Of a stretch of DNA of 55,839 nucleotides, positions 46,268 through 55,260 are shown piece by piece (the stretch's first letter is position 1; the number at the start of each line of letters is the position of its first letter). Below the pieces are notes generated by a model, which ran no database searches, had not been told where the DNA came from, and saw only the letters and a program-made list of their open reading frames with translations. Origin of the DNA: Myxococcota bacterium (GTDB taxonomy: Bacteria > Myxococcota_A > Polyangia > Polyangiales > Sandaracinaceae); the NCBI GenBank assembly GCA_036149055.1, contig JAYZQJ010000055.1:1-55839 (forward strand), in the 5' to 3' direction. The translations under genes and the position numbers were made by a program.

Positions 46268-48567
46268 GCGGGCAGCCGGCGCTCTTCGGCGAGGAGGTGG
46301 TGCGCTCGCGCGAGCGCTTCGTGGAGGTGGCGATCCCGGTACCGCTCCGTCGGCGCTTCACCTACCGGCTCCCGCCCGAGATGGAGTCGCTCCTGGTGGG
46401 GGCGCGGGTGGCGGTGCCGTTCTCGGGCCGCAAGCTCGCGGGCTTCGTGCTCGGCTACACCAAGGATCCGCCGGAGGGCGTGGCCATCAAGCGCGTCGCC
46501 GGCCGGATCGAGAAGGAGCCGGTGTTCCCCGAGGAGCTGCTGCGCTTCCTGCTCGAGGCGGCGGACTACTACCTCCACCCCATCGGCGAGGTCCTGCGGG
46601 CGGCGGCCCCGGCCCTGCCCAGCGAGGCGATGCGCAAGCTGCGCCGCGGCGGCTTCCTCGAGGAGGGCGAGTCGCTCCCCGGCGCGGCGGTGGCGACCCG
46701 CAAGACGCTCTTTCTCCGTCGCACGGACGCGGAGCCCGAGCAGCGGCTCGGCGCGAGCCAGCAGGCGGTGATCGCGCTCCTCGAGGAGCGGGTGGAGCTG
46801 CCCCTCGACGAGCTGCGCGCGCACGTCAAGAACCCGCGCAGCGTGGTGCGTCGCCTCGAGGAGCGCGGGCTCGTCGTGGCCGAGGAGCGCGAGGTCGCCG
46901 CCGACCCCTTCTTCAGCAGCCCGGCCGAGCCGGACAGCCCGCCCGCCCTGAACCCGGCGCAGCAGCACGCGGTCGACCGGCTCGTGGGCATCCTCGACGA
47001 GGGCGCGAGCACCCAGCTCCTCCACGGCGTGACCGGCTCGGGCAAGACCGAGGTCTACCTTCGGGTCATCGCCGAGGCCCGGGCGCGCGGAAAAGGGGCC
47101 CTGCTCCTGGTCCCGGAGATCGCGCTCACGCCCCAGCTGGTCGGCCGCTTCCGGGCGCGCTTCGGAGACGGCATCGCGGTGCTGCACAGCGGCCTGACGC
47201 CCGCGCAGCGGCACGCGGCCTGGCGCGGCCTGCGGAGGGGCGAGCTGACCCTCGCGGTCGGCGCGCGCTCGGCGCTCTTCGCCCCGGTCCCCAACCTCGG
47301 GGTGATCGTGGTCGACGAGGAGCACGACCCCTCGTACAAGCAGGAAGACAACTTCCGATACCACGCGCGCGACATGGCGATCCTGCGCGCGCACCGGGCC
47401 GGCGCGCTCTGCATCCTCGGCAGCGCCACGCCGAGCATCGAGAGCTTTCACCGCGCCGAGCGCGGGCAGACCGGGCTGCTCAGCCTCCCGCAGCGCGCGA
47501 CCGCGCAGACGCTCCCCGCGGTCGAGGTCGTCGACCTCCGGCGCCACGGGCCCGGGCCGAGCGGGCATCCGTTGATCACCGGCCCGATGCACCGCGCGCT
47601 CGAGGCGTGCCTCGCGGACGAGGGGCAGGCCATCCTCTTCCTCAACCGCCGCGGCTTCTCGCCGACCCTCCGCTGCGGCGCGTGCGGCGAGGTGGCGCAG
47701 TGCCCGTCCTGCTCGGTCGGCCTCACCGAGCACCGCCGCGCCGGGCTGATGCGCTGCCACTACTGCGACTACGCGATCGCGGTCACCAACCACTGCGGGA
47801 GCTGCGGCCGCAACGCGCTCGCCCAGCTCGGCGTGGGCACGGAGAAGCTCGAGGACACGCTCGCCGGCGCCTTCGCCCCCGCGCGGGTGGCGCGGCTCGA
47901 TCGGGACACCGCGGCCGGGGGGCGCGCGGTCGAGGCGGTGCTCGACCGGCTCCGTCGTCGCGAGATCGACATCCTGGTGGGCACCCAGATGGTGACCAAG
48001 GGCCACGACGTGCCCGGCGTCACCCTCGTCGGCGTGGTCCTGGCCGATCAGTCGCTCGCGTTCCCGGACTTCCGCGCCGCCGAGCGCACCTTTCAGCTCC
48101 TCAGCCAGGTCGCCGGCCGCGCCGGGCGGGGCGAGAAGCCCGGGAAGGTGGTCCTCCAGGCCTTCCAGCCGGAGCACGCCGCGATCGTGCAGGCCCAGCG
48201 CCATGACTACGAGGCGTTCTTCCGTACGGAGCTCGAGGAGCGCCGGGAGCTCGGGTACGCGCCCTTCGGGCGCATGGTCGCGGTCAAGGTCGACGCCACC
48301 GACGAGACCCGCGCGCGCCAGGCCGCCGATCACCTGGCCGAGCAGGCCAACCGGCACCCGGCGGTGCGAGATCGCCGGGTCATGCTGCTCGGGCCGGCGC
48401 CGGCGCCGATCGCCCGCATCCGCAACCGCTACCGTTTCCGGCTCATGCTCCGCGCCGCCGATCGCCGCGCCCTCCGCGCCGTGGCGCGGTTCCTCGCGAA
48501 CGTCATCGACGAGGGCCTCCCGAGCGCCCGCGCCTTCGTCGACGTCGACCCGGTCTCGATGCTCTGA
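46264..48567 (+). CDS. priA: Primosomal protein N'
   Basis: GVTGSGKTEVY, LVPEIALTPQ, GARSALF, DEEHD.SYKQ, GSATPS, LNRRGF, four CxxC pairs, GTQMVTKG and QVAGRAGR. GTG 46264 overlaps the upstream stop. Confidence 0.97.
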   Translation: MSGQPALFGEEVVRSRERFVEVAIPVPLRRRFTYRLPPEMESLLVGARVAVPFSGRKLAGFVLGYTKDPPEGVAIKRVAGRIEKEPVFPEELLRFLLEAADYYLHPIGEVLRAAAPALPSEAMRKLRRGGFLEEGESLPGAAVATRKTLFLRRTDAEPEQRLGASQQAVIALLEERVELPLDELRAHVKNPRSVVRRLEERGLVVAEEREVAADPFFSSPAEPDSPPALNPAQQHAVDRLVGILDEGASTQLLHGVTGSGKTEVYLRVIAEARARGKGALLLVPEIALTPQLVGRFRARFGDGIAVLHSGLTPAQRHAAWRGLRRGELTLAVGARSALFAPVPNLGVIVVDEEHDPSYKQEDNFRYHARDMAILRAHRAGALCILGSATPSIESFHRAERGQTGLLSLPQRATAQTLPAVEVVDLRRHGPGPSGHPLITGPMHRALEACLADEGQAILFLNRRGFSPTLRCGACGEVAQCPSCSVGLTEHRRAGLMRCHYCDYAIAVTNHCGSCGRNALAQLGVGTEKLEDTLAGAFAPARVARLDRDTAAGGRAVEAVLDRLRRREIDILVGTQMVTKGHDVPGVTLVGVVLADQSLAFPDFRAAERTFQLLSQVAGRAGRGEKPGKVVLQAFQPEHAAIVQAQRHDYEAFFRTELEERRELGYAPFGRMVAVKVDATDETRARQAADHLAEQANRHPAVRDRRVMLLGPAPAPIARIRNRYRFRLMLRAADRRALRAVARFLANVIDEGLPSARAFVDVDPVSML

Positions 48568-48686
48568 GCGGACGCGGCGGGCGAGTGGCGCCGAATGCGC
48601 TCCGGCGGCTCACCGCGTGCTCCGCTTCTGTCGCCTGGGTGTCCCTCGATGGAGGCGGTGGCCCGCTCCGGAGCCGCACCCGCGAC

Positions 48687-48702
48687 TGGCACGGCCCTTG
48701 GT
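48687..48702 (+). promoter_or_regulatory. Possible sigma54 (-24/-12) promoter
   Basis: TGGCACG-GCCC-TTGGT versus consensus TGGCACG-N4-TTGC(A/T), with one mismatch at the conserved -12 C; 15 bp upstream of the CAP gene. Confidence 0.35.
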
Positions 48703-48717
48703 TGGTAGAGTGCCGGC

Positions 48718-49485
48718 ATGCGTCGACTCCTCGTCCCCTCTCTCGTGCTCGCGCTCACCGCTTGTGAAGGGCGGCTGGTGATCGAGGGGCCGGAAGGCCC
48801 GTCGGTCCCTCGGGTCATGCTCGACGCCGGCGACGGGCCGCCGACGATGCCGCCGCCGCCCCCGCCCTCGGGCGGGGACGCGGGCACACCGCCTCCGGGC
48901 GACGACGCGGGGACGCCGCCGCCCCCGCCGGGCTGCACGCTCCCGGCCCAGGGGGAGTGCCAGGGCGACACCGCGCGCTGGTGCGAGGGGGACACGATCC
49001 GCGAGGAGACCTGCACCGGGGACCGCCGCTGTGAGCTGGACGACGGCCTCGGCCGGCACGCGTGCGTCGAGCCCGCGCCGCCCCCGCCCCCGCCGCCGAC
49101 CGCGTGCGCCGGGCCGGAGGAGGCGGAGGTGATCCGGCTGGCGAACGAGGCGCGCGGCGCGTCCCGGCCCACCCTCGTGTGCGACGACGACATGGCCCGG
49201 GCGGCCCGCCTGCACAGCCAGGACATGTGCGACCAGGACTACTTCAGTCACACCGGCCTCGACGGCCGCAGCCCCTTCGACCGCATGCGCGACCAGGGCG
49301 TGAGCTACCGGACGGCGGGCGAGAACATCGCGATGGGTCAGCGCACGCCGTCGGCGGTGCACACCGCCTGGATGAACAGCCCGGGACACCGCCGGAACAT
49401 CATGAACGACGCCTACGGCCGCATCGGCGTGGGCTATGTGAACTGCGGCGGCCGCCCCTACTGGACGCAGGTCTTCGCGGACTGA
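48718..49485 (+). CDS. CAP/SCP domain lipoprotein
   Basis: Lipobox LTAC; LANEAR, AARLHSQDM...YFSH, AGENIA, WMNSPGHRRNI and YWTQVF. Confidence 0.9.
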   Translation: MRRLLVPSLVLALTACEGRLVIEGPEGPSVPRVMLDAGDGPPTMPPPPPPSGGDAGTPPPGDDAGTPPPPPGCTLPAQGECQGDTARWCEGDTIREETCTGDRRCELDDGLGRHACVEPAPPPPPPPTACAGPEEAEVIRLANEARGASRPTLVCDDDMARAARLHSQDMCDQDYFSHTGLDGRSPFDRMRDQGVSYRTAGENIAMGQRTPSAVHTAWMNSPGHRRNIMNDAYGRIGVGYVNCGGRPYWTQVFAD

Positions 49486-49487
49486 CC

Positions 49488-50045
49488 ATGGGGCCGCGGC
49501 AGCAGGTGGCCGTCATCGGCCTCGACGCGAGCCGCAACCAGGAGCTCGCCCGCCTGCTCGTCCGCGCCGGGCTGTCCCCCATCTGCTTCACCCCGGAGAT
49601 GTGGCTTCGCTGGCCGATGGCCCGCGTGAAGCGCGTCGTGTGGGCGACCGCGCTGCCAGACGCCGAGCTGATCGGCGTGCTCGGTCCCGCGCCCAGCCCG
49701 ACCGAGACGCTGGTGATCGAGGCGCCGGAACGCCCGGGCCGGGTCGCGCCGCGGCAGGCCCGCGTCGCGACGTGGACCGGCGACCTCTGGGACGTGGCGC
49801 GGGAGGTCCAGACCTGGCTGCGCGGCGCCTCCGCCGGGGCGCCGCCGCGCGAGCGTCCCGAGCCCGCGCTGCGAGACTCGACCTGGAACGTGCGAGGCGA
49901 CGCCCGCCACCACGTGCCCCGCCGCCGCCAGTGGGCGTGGCTCGCGCTGGTGCTCCTCGTGGTCGGCCTGAGCGCCGCCCTCGCCACCTGGCCCACCGAG
50001 CCCGACGTTCAGCGCGTCGTGCTCCCGACCGAGCCGCGGCGGTGA
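49488..50045 (+). CDS. Hypothetical protein with C-terminal TM helix
   Basis: ATG 2 bp after the CAP stop; hydrophobic WAWLALVLLVVGLSAALA. Confidence 0.55.
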   Translation: MGPRQQVAVIGLDASRNQELARLLVRAGLSPICFTPEMWLRWPMARVKRVVWATALPDAELIGVLGPAPSPTETLVIEAPERPGRVAPRQARVATWTGDLWDVAREVQTWLRGASAGAPPRERPEPALRDSTWNVRGDARHHVPRRRQWAWLALVLLVVGLSAALATWPTEPDVQRVVLPTEPRR

Positions 50046-50066
50046 GCTGGCCGAGCGCGGCAGGTC

Positions 50067-50834
50067 TCACCGCGTCTCGCACACGAACGGGAGCGGGTCG
50101 CTGCAGGGGTGGTCGGCCCACTGGCCGGGGGAGCTGTCGCCGTCCATCTGCGCGCAGTCCTGGCTGGCGGTGTCCTCGGGAACCCCGCCGCGCCAGTTCG
50201 TGAAGCCGCGGGCCGCTCCGCCCGCCCAGATGACGGTGCCGTCGACCCACTCGTATTCGGCCTCGGCGCGCATGTCGTGGAGGCCGATCCAGGTGTCGTC
50301 GCCGGTGGTCCGGGCCCACACCCAGCGGTCCTCCGCCATGTCGTTCAGGATCGCCAGGTCGTAGCCGCGCGTCATGCAGTACGTGCGCGCGTCGTCCCAG
50401 CGGCGCTCCGGCGAGGTGCAGAAGAGGTAGGTGCTGCCGCCGCGCGTCTCGGCGGGGCACCCACACACCGACATCTCGTCGATCTGCCCGTCGCAGTCGT
50501 CGTCGACCCCGTTGCAGGTCTCGACGAGACAGACGCCGGTGTCGGGCAGCCCAGTGTCGGGCAGCCCAGCGTCCGGCAGCCCAGCGTCGGGCACCCCAGC
50601 GTCGGGCAGCCCAGCGTCGGGCAGACCCCCGTCGGGCCGGGCCGCGTCCATCGGCGCCGCGTCGGGCACGCTCCCGTCGAACGGCCCCGCGTCCGACCGT
50701 CCTGCGTCGGCATCCACGATCGCGGCGTCCGGGGTCGGGGGCCGGTCGGCGTCGGGGCCGGGCGCTCGGAGCCCCGTGCGGTCGAGCGAGCAACCGACGA
50801 GCAAGAGGACACACGCTGCCCACCGACGGGTCAC
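50067..50834 (-). CDS. C-type lectin domain lipoprotein
   Basis: Lipobox LVGC; PDAGL repeats; ETCNGVDDDCDGQIDE; CTLD pattern WDDARTYC...LA..., WIGL, W.DG, FTNW, DC...W.D..C..PFVCE. Confidence 0.88.
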   Translation of the reverse strand: MTRRWAACVLLLVGCSLDRTGLRAPGPDADRPPTPDAAIVDADAGRSDAGPFDGSVPDAAPMDAARPDGGLPDAGLPDAGVPDAGLPDAGLPDTGLPDTGVCLVETCNGVDDDCDGQIDEMSVCGCPAETRGGSTYLFCTSPERRWDDARTYCMTRGYDLAILNDMAEDRWVWARTTGDDTWIGLHDMRAEAEYEWVDGTVIWAGGAARGFTNWRGGVPEDTASQDCAQMDGDSSPGQWADHPCSDPLPFVCETR

Positions 50835-50874
50835 GCCCCCATTCTACTCCAGTCCGTGACCGGGGAGGATGGGG

Positions 50875-51261
50875 TCAGCGGTCCATCCGCGCGTCCAGCT
50901 CCTCGACCAGCTTCTTCGGCGCCTGCTTGCGATAGCTCTCCTCGAGCCAGGACTCGAGCATCTCGACGGGGAGGTCGGCGTCGGCTTCGAAGGTGATGGT
51001 GACCCAACCCCACTTGCCGAGCCCGTAGCCGGTGGGGCTGGTGCCCGGGAGCATCAGCGCCTCCTCGCCCGATTCGGGCAGCCGGACCGAGAGGCTCAGC
51101 GGCTCGCCCTCCTGGCTGAGGTAGGCGAAGGTCTTGTCGTTGACGGCCAGATCCCAGTGATCCGGCCACGGCGCCTTCTTGTGCGCGCCCGGGTACGCCA
51201 GCCCGACGGCGCGGAGGTGCAGCAGGGCCTCGTCGTGGGCGCTCTTCTTCTTCTTGGGCAT
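50875..51261 (-). CDS. MmcQ/YjbR-family protein
   Basis: LAYPGA...PW...VNDKTFA...PTGYGLGKWGWV...WLEESYR..APKKL. Start placed at ATG 51261. Confidence 0.85.
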   Translation of the reverse strand: MPKKKKSAHDEALLHLRAVGLAYPGAHKKAPWPDHWDLAVNDKTFAYLSQEGEPLSLSVRLPESGEEALMLPGTSPTGYGLGKWGWVTITFEADADLPVEMLESWLEESYRKQAPKKLVEELDARMDR

Positions 51262-51291
51262 TCGGCTCGAGGATAGTTGAATCTGGGCGCG

Positions 51292-52431
51292 ATGTTCTCC
51301 GAACGAAGCGATCCAGGACCCGGCCCGAACCCGCTCGCAGCGGCGAAGGCGGCGCGCGAGGCGGCGGGGGAGCCGATCCTCACGCTGACCCCCGGCAACC
51401 CCACCACGGTCGGCCTGCCCGCGGAGGAGGCGGCCGTGCACGCGGCGCTCCGGCGGACTCACCCGTACGCGCCCGCGCCCTTCGGAGAACGGGTCACCCG
51501 CGAGGCGGTCTCGGACGCGCTCGCCGCGGACGGAGCGCGGGTCCCCCCCGGCCACGTGGTGATGGGCGCGAGCACCTCCGAGCTCTACGCGTGGATCCTC
51601 AGCGTGCTCTGCGATCCGGGCGACGAGATCCTGGTGCCCGAGCCGAGCTACCCGCTGCTCTCGCACCTCGCGCACTTCACCGGCGTGCAGCTCGCGGGCT
51701 ACCCGCTCGATCCGGACGGCTGGGCCGTCGACCTCGCCGGGCTCTACGAGAGCATCGGCCCGCGCACCCGCGCGATCGTCGCGATCAGCCCGAACAACCC
51801 GACCGGCCAGTACCTCACCCGCGAGTCGCTCGACGGCCTCGGCGCCTTCGGGCTGCCGCTGATCGTGGACGAGGTCTTCTTCGAGTACCCGCTCGACGCG
51901 CCGGGGGAGCGCGCCCGCGCCGCGACGCTCGAGGACACGCTCGTCTTCGCCCTCGACGGCCTGAGCAAGCGCGCGGCGCTGCCGCAGCTCAAGCTCGCCT
52001 GGGCGACGGTGACCGGGCCCGGGGCGCACGAGGCCCTCGCGCGCCTCGAGCCGATCGCCGACGCCTTCCTCTCGGTCGCCGCGCCGGCGCAGCGCGCGCT
52101 GCCGGAGCTGCTGTCCCTGCGCGCCGCGCCGGACGCGATCCGGGCTCGCGCGCGGGCGAACCTGGACACGCTCCGCGCCCGGGTGAGCGGCACGGCGCTG
52201 ACCGCCCCCCGGGTCGAGGGCGGCTGGTACGCGCCGGTCCGGCTCCCCTCGACCCGGACCGACGAGGCGTGGGCGCTCGCGCTGCTCGATCGCGGCGTGC
52301 ACGTACACCCCGGGTTCCTCTACGACTTCCCGGCCGACCAGGCGTGGCTGGTGCTCGGCCTGCTCACGCCCGAGGCCGACTTCGCCCGGGGGCTCGAGGC
52401 CATCGTTCGCGAGGTCGAGTCGTCGCCGTGA
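51292..52431 (+). CDS. Class I/II PLP-dependent aminotransferase
   Basis: DPGDEILVPEPSYP, SPNNPTG, IVDEVF, GLSK and VHPGFLY. Confidence 0.9.
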   Translation: MFSERSDPGPGPNPLAAAKAAREAAGEPILTLTPGNPTTVGLPAEEAAVHAALRRTHPYAPAPFGERVTREAVSDALAADGARVPPGHVVMGASTSELYAWILSVLCDPGDEILVPEPSYPLLSHLAHFTGVQLAGYPLDPDGWAVDLAGLYESIGPRTRAIVAISPNNPTGQYLTRESLDGLGAFGLPLIVDEVFFEYPLDAPGERARAATLEDTLVFALDGLSKRAALPQLKLAWATVTGPGAHEALARLEPIADAFLSVAAPAQRALPELLSLRAAPDAIRARARANLDTLRARVSGTALTAPRVEGGWYAPVRLPSTRTDEAWALALLDRGVHVHPGFLYDFPADQAWLVLGLLTPEADFARGLEAIVREVESSP

Positions 52432-52467
52432 GCGCCGGGCGGTCGGGCCCGGCGCCGGCGAAGAGGG

Positions 52468-52881
52468 TCAGGCGACGGCGAGCTCGACGTCGATGTTGCC
52501 TCGGGTCGCGCGGGAGTACGGGCAGACCTCGTGTGCGGCCTTCATCAGCCCCTCGGCGGCGCTCCTCTCGAGCCCGGGGAAGTGGCCCTCGAGCCGCACG
52601 CCGAGCACGTAGCCCGTCTCGTCCTTCGACAGGGTGACCGTCGAGCGGATGCCCGAGCCGTCCGGCAGCTTCACGCCCTGGGTGCGCGCGACCAGCCGGA
52701 GCGCGCTCTCGAAGCAGGAGCCGTAGCCGGCGGCGAAGAGCTGCTCCGGGTTGGTGCCCCCGCCCGGGCCGCCGAGCGCCTTCGGCATGCGCAGGTCGAG
52801 CGAGAGCGGCGGATCCTCCGAGCGCGCCTGTCCGTCGCGGCCGCCGGTCACGTGAGCCTGGGTTTCGTAGAGCTTCTGCAT
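52468..52881 (-). CDS. ohr: Organic hydroperoxide resistance protein
   Basis: GGRDG, GTNPEQLFAAGYGSCF and AHEVCPYSRATRGNI (both Cys present). Confidence 0.96.
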   Translation of the reverse strand: MQKLYETQAHVTGGRDGQARSEDPPLSLDLRMPKALGGPGGGTNPEQLFAAGYGSCFESALRLVARTQGVKLPDGSGIRSTVTLSKDETGYVLGVRLEGHFPGLERSAAEGLMKAAHEVCPYSRATRGNIDVELAVA

Positions 52882-52942
52882 CGCGTCCTCCTCGGGTTTC
52901 GGGTTCGACCCTCATCTAAGGCGCGTTCTGGCGGCGCGCAAC

Positions 52943-52981
52943 TGGATTGTGCGCAATCGAATGGTCCGCCCTTGGATTGTG
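52943..52981. promoter_or_regulatory. Probable OhrR operator
   Basis: Inverted repeat GATTG-TGCG-CAATC (52945-52958) plus TGGATTGTG repeated at 52943 and 52973, between divergent ohr and ohrR. Confidence 0.6.
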
Positions 52982-53011
52982 TCCACGTCCCGGCGGCTCC
53001 ATGATCGGCGC

Positions 53012-53458
53012 ATGACCCACCCGCTGGACCTCGAGCAGCAGCTCTGCTTCGCGCTCTACACGGCCTCCCGCTTGACCGTGCGGGCCTACCGGCCGCTGCT
53101 CGAAGAGCTGTCGATCACCTACCCGCAGTACCTGGTGCTGCTCGTGCTCTGGCAGGCCCATCGAGAGGGCGCCCCCGCGCCCACCGTGCGCGGGCTCGGA
53201 GAGAAGCTCTACCTCGACTCCGGCACGCTCACCCCGCTCCTGAAGCGCCTCGAGGCCCGCGGCCTCGTCACCCGCGAGCGCTCGACCGCCGACGAGCGCG
53301 AAGTCCACGTCGTGCTCACGAAGGAGGGCCGATCGCTCCATCGCAGAGCGAAGAAGATCCCCGAAGCGCTCGCCTGCGCCTACGACCAACCGCCCCGCGA
53401 CCTCTTCGCGCTCCGCGACCAGCTGAAGAGCCTGATCGCGAGACTCGAGACCCCCTGA
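53012..53458 (+). CDS. ohrR: MarR-family organic hydroperoxide sensor
   Basis: LEQQLCFALY, ITYPQYLVLLVLW, LDSGTLTPLLKRLE and DER; divergent from ohr. Start placed at ATG 53012. Confidence 0.93.
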   Translation: MTHPLDLEQQLCFALYTASRLTVRAYRPLLEELSITYPQYLVLLVLWQAHREGAPAPTVRGLGEKLYLDSGTLTPLLKRLEARGLVTRERSTADEREVHVVLTKEGRSLHRRAKKIPEALACAYDQPPRDLFALRDQLKSLIARLETP

Positions 53459-53505
53459 CCTCCGCCGCGGCGGCGGCCAGCTCGCGCGCCGCCGGCATCG
53501 GCGCA

Positions 53506-53751
53506 TCGTTCTCGGACTCGGCGTCGTGCTCGGACTCGGCGTCGGTCACGGACTCGGCGTCGTTCTCGGACTCGGCGTCGGTCTCGGATTCGGCGTCGGT
53601 CTCGGACTCGGCGTCGGTCTCGGATTCGGCGTCGGTCACGGACTCGGCGTCGGTCTCGGACTCGGCGTCGGTCTCTGACTCGGCGTCGGTCTCGGCGTCG
53701 GTCACGGACTCGGCGTCGGTCTCGGACTCGTCGTCGGTCACGGACTCGGCG
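53506..53751 (-). repeat. Hexamer array in inverted orientation (18-bp super-period)
   Basis: Plus strand reads (TCGGAC TCGGCG TCGGTC)n with variants over 246 bp, equivalent to CCGAGT/CCGAGA/CCGACG hexamers on the minus strand. Confidence 0.92.
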
Positions 53752-53795
53752 AAGTCTTCACCGATCGCGAGCCGAGCCCCCTTCCCAGCCCGGGC

Positions 53796-54117
53796 CCGCT
53801 TCCGAGTCCGAGTCCGCAGCCGAGTCCGCTTCCGAGTCCGCTTCCGAGTCCGAGTCCGCAGCCGAGTCCGCAGCCGAGTCCGAGTCCGAGTCCGCAGCCG
53901 AGTCCGCAGCCGAGTCCGCTTCCGAGTCCGCTTCCGAGTCCGAGTCCGCAGCCGAGTCCGCTGCCGCGGCCGGCAGCGCTGCCGGTCCCGCTGCCGGTCC
54001 CGCTGCCGCTGCCGGTCCCGCTGCCGCTGCCGGTCCCGCTGCCGCTGCCGGTCCCGCTGCCGGTCCCGCTGCCGCTGCCGGTCCCGCTGCCGCTGCCGGT
54101 CCCGCTCCGCTGCCGCT
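53796..54117 (+). repeat. Bipartite CCGNNN hexamer array upstream of the four-helix-bundle gene
   Basis: CCGAGT/CCGCAG/CCGCTT block (53796-53957), then CCGCTG/CCGGTC block (53958-54117). Confidence 0.92.
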
Positions 54118-54354
54118 CTCGCCCTGCTCGTCGCGTCTCGCCCGTACGAGAGGCAGACGTCTTGGCGCCTCGTCCTCCCTCTCCGACGGTGCCGGACGCG
54201 GCCGGGCGAGCAAAGGACGCCTGCGGCGCCGGCGTCGCCCGCTGCGGGCCCCGCGGGGCCGTGTGCCAGACAAGCCCCGCCCCGCCCCGCCAGAGCGGAG
54301 GCGGCGGACGCGGCGCGACACACCCTCGCGCGGGCCGCCTTCTCGGAGAGAACG

Positions 54355-54675
54355 ATGCTCAACATCACCTCGGAAGCGATCGACTGGCTCACGCGGGTTC
54401 GGCCGGTCTGGGAGGCCATCGCGAAGCAGGACCGCAATCTCGCTCGGCAGCTGCGGGACAGCGCGTCGAGCGTGGTCGGCAACCTCGGCGAGGGCGAGAA
54501 CCGGCGCGGCGGACACCAGCGGGAGCGGTTCGAGACGGCCTACGGCTCGGCCGGCGAGGCGCGGGTGTGGCTGCTCGCGGCCGCTGGGCTCGGTTACGTG
54601 AGCCCGGAGACGGTGGCGCCGCTCGCGGACTGGGCGGACAAGGTCCGGGCGGTGACCTGGAAGATGATGCACTGA
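54355..54675 (+). CDS. Four-helix-bundle protein (23S rRNA IVP / Avd-like superfamily)
   Basis: LARQLRDSASSVVGNLGEG...RFETAYGSAGEAR...GY matches the family pattern LxxQLxxxAxSxxxNxxEG...FxxAxGSxxE; GGAGAG RBS; 106 aa. Confidence 0.88.
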   Translation: MLNITSEAIDWLTRVRPVWEAIAKQDRNLARQLRDSASSVVGNLGEGENRRGGHQRERFETAYGSAGEARVWLLAAAGLGYVSPETVAPLADWADKVRAVTWKMMH

Positions 54676-54683
54676 CGAACCGG

Positions 54684-54713
54684 CGGCGGCTCCGGCTTCG
54701 GTCGGAGCCGCCG
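54684..54713 (+). terminator. 13-bp stem with C(UUCG)G tetraloop directly after the four-helix-bundle gene
   Basis: CGGCGGCTCCGGC-TTCG-GTCGGAGCCGCCG with one G-U pair; only a weak pyrimidine tail follows. Confidence 0.7.
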
Positions 54714-54794
54714 GCTCCTTCTCGGAAGCGCGTCCGAGAGCGGGCACGATCCCATTCGCCTCATCGAACGCTCGAGCATCCTCGATCTCGGCGA

Positions 54795-55260
54795 CCGAGG
54801 CCGACACCGAGGCCGAGTCCGAGACCGAGACCGAGTCCGAGACCGAGACCGAGACCGAGACCGAGTCCGAGACCGAGACCGAGTCCGAAACCGAGTCCGA
54901 AACCGAGTCCGAAACCGAGTCCGAGTCCGAAACCGAGTCCGAAACCGAGTCCGAGTCCGAGACCGAGTCCGAGACCGAGTCCGACTCCGACTCCGAAACC
55001 GAGTCCGACGCCCTCGGTGTCGACGCAGGTCCTGGGAGGTGGGCCTTGGGAGGCGAGGAGGAACAGCTAGCGCTCGCAGGTGAGCCAGCGCCGAGCCGAC
55101 GCCCGGGCCCCGCTGCCGCCGCGCGGCCGCGCTGCCGCCTCCGCTGCCGCCTCCGCTGCCGCCTCCGCTGCCGCCTCCGCTGCCGCCTCCGCTGCCGCCT
55201 CCGCTGCCGCCTCCGCCTCCGTTGCCGCTGCCGCCTCCGCCTCCGCCTCCGCCTCCGCTG
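54795..55260 (+). repeat. Bipartite CCGNNN hexamer array downstream of the four-helix-bundle gene
   Basis: CCGAGT/CCGAGA/CCGAAA block (54795-55010), about 120 bp spacer, then CCGCTG/CCGCCT block (55129-55260). Confidence 0.92.

Noticed and set aside
53506..55260. Diversity-generating retroelement or 23S rRNA intervening sequence
   Set aside because: No reverse transcriptase, no TR/VR pair differing at adenines and no rRNA sequence flank the four-helix-bundle gene.
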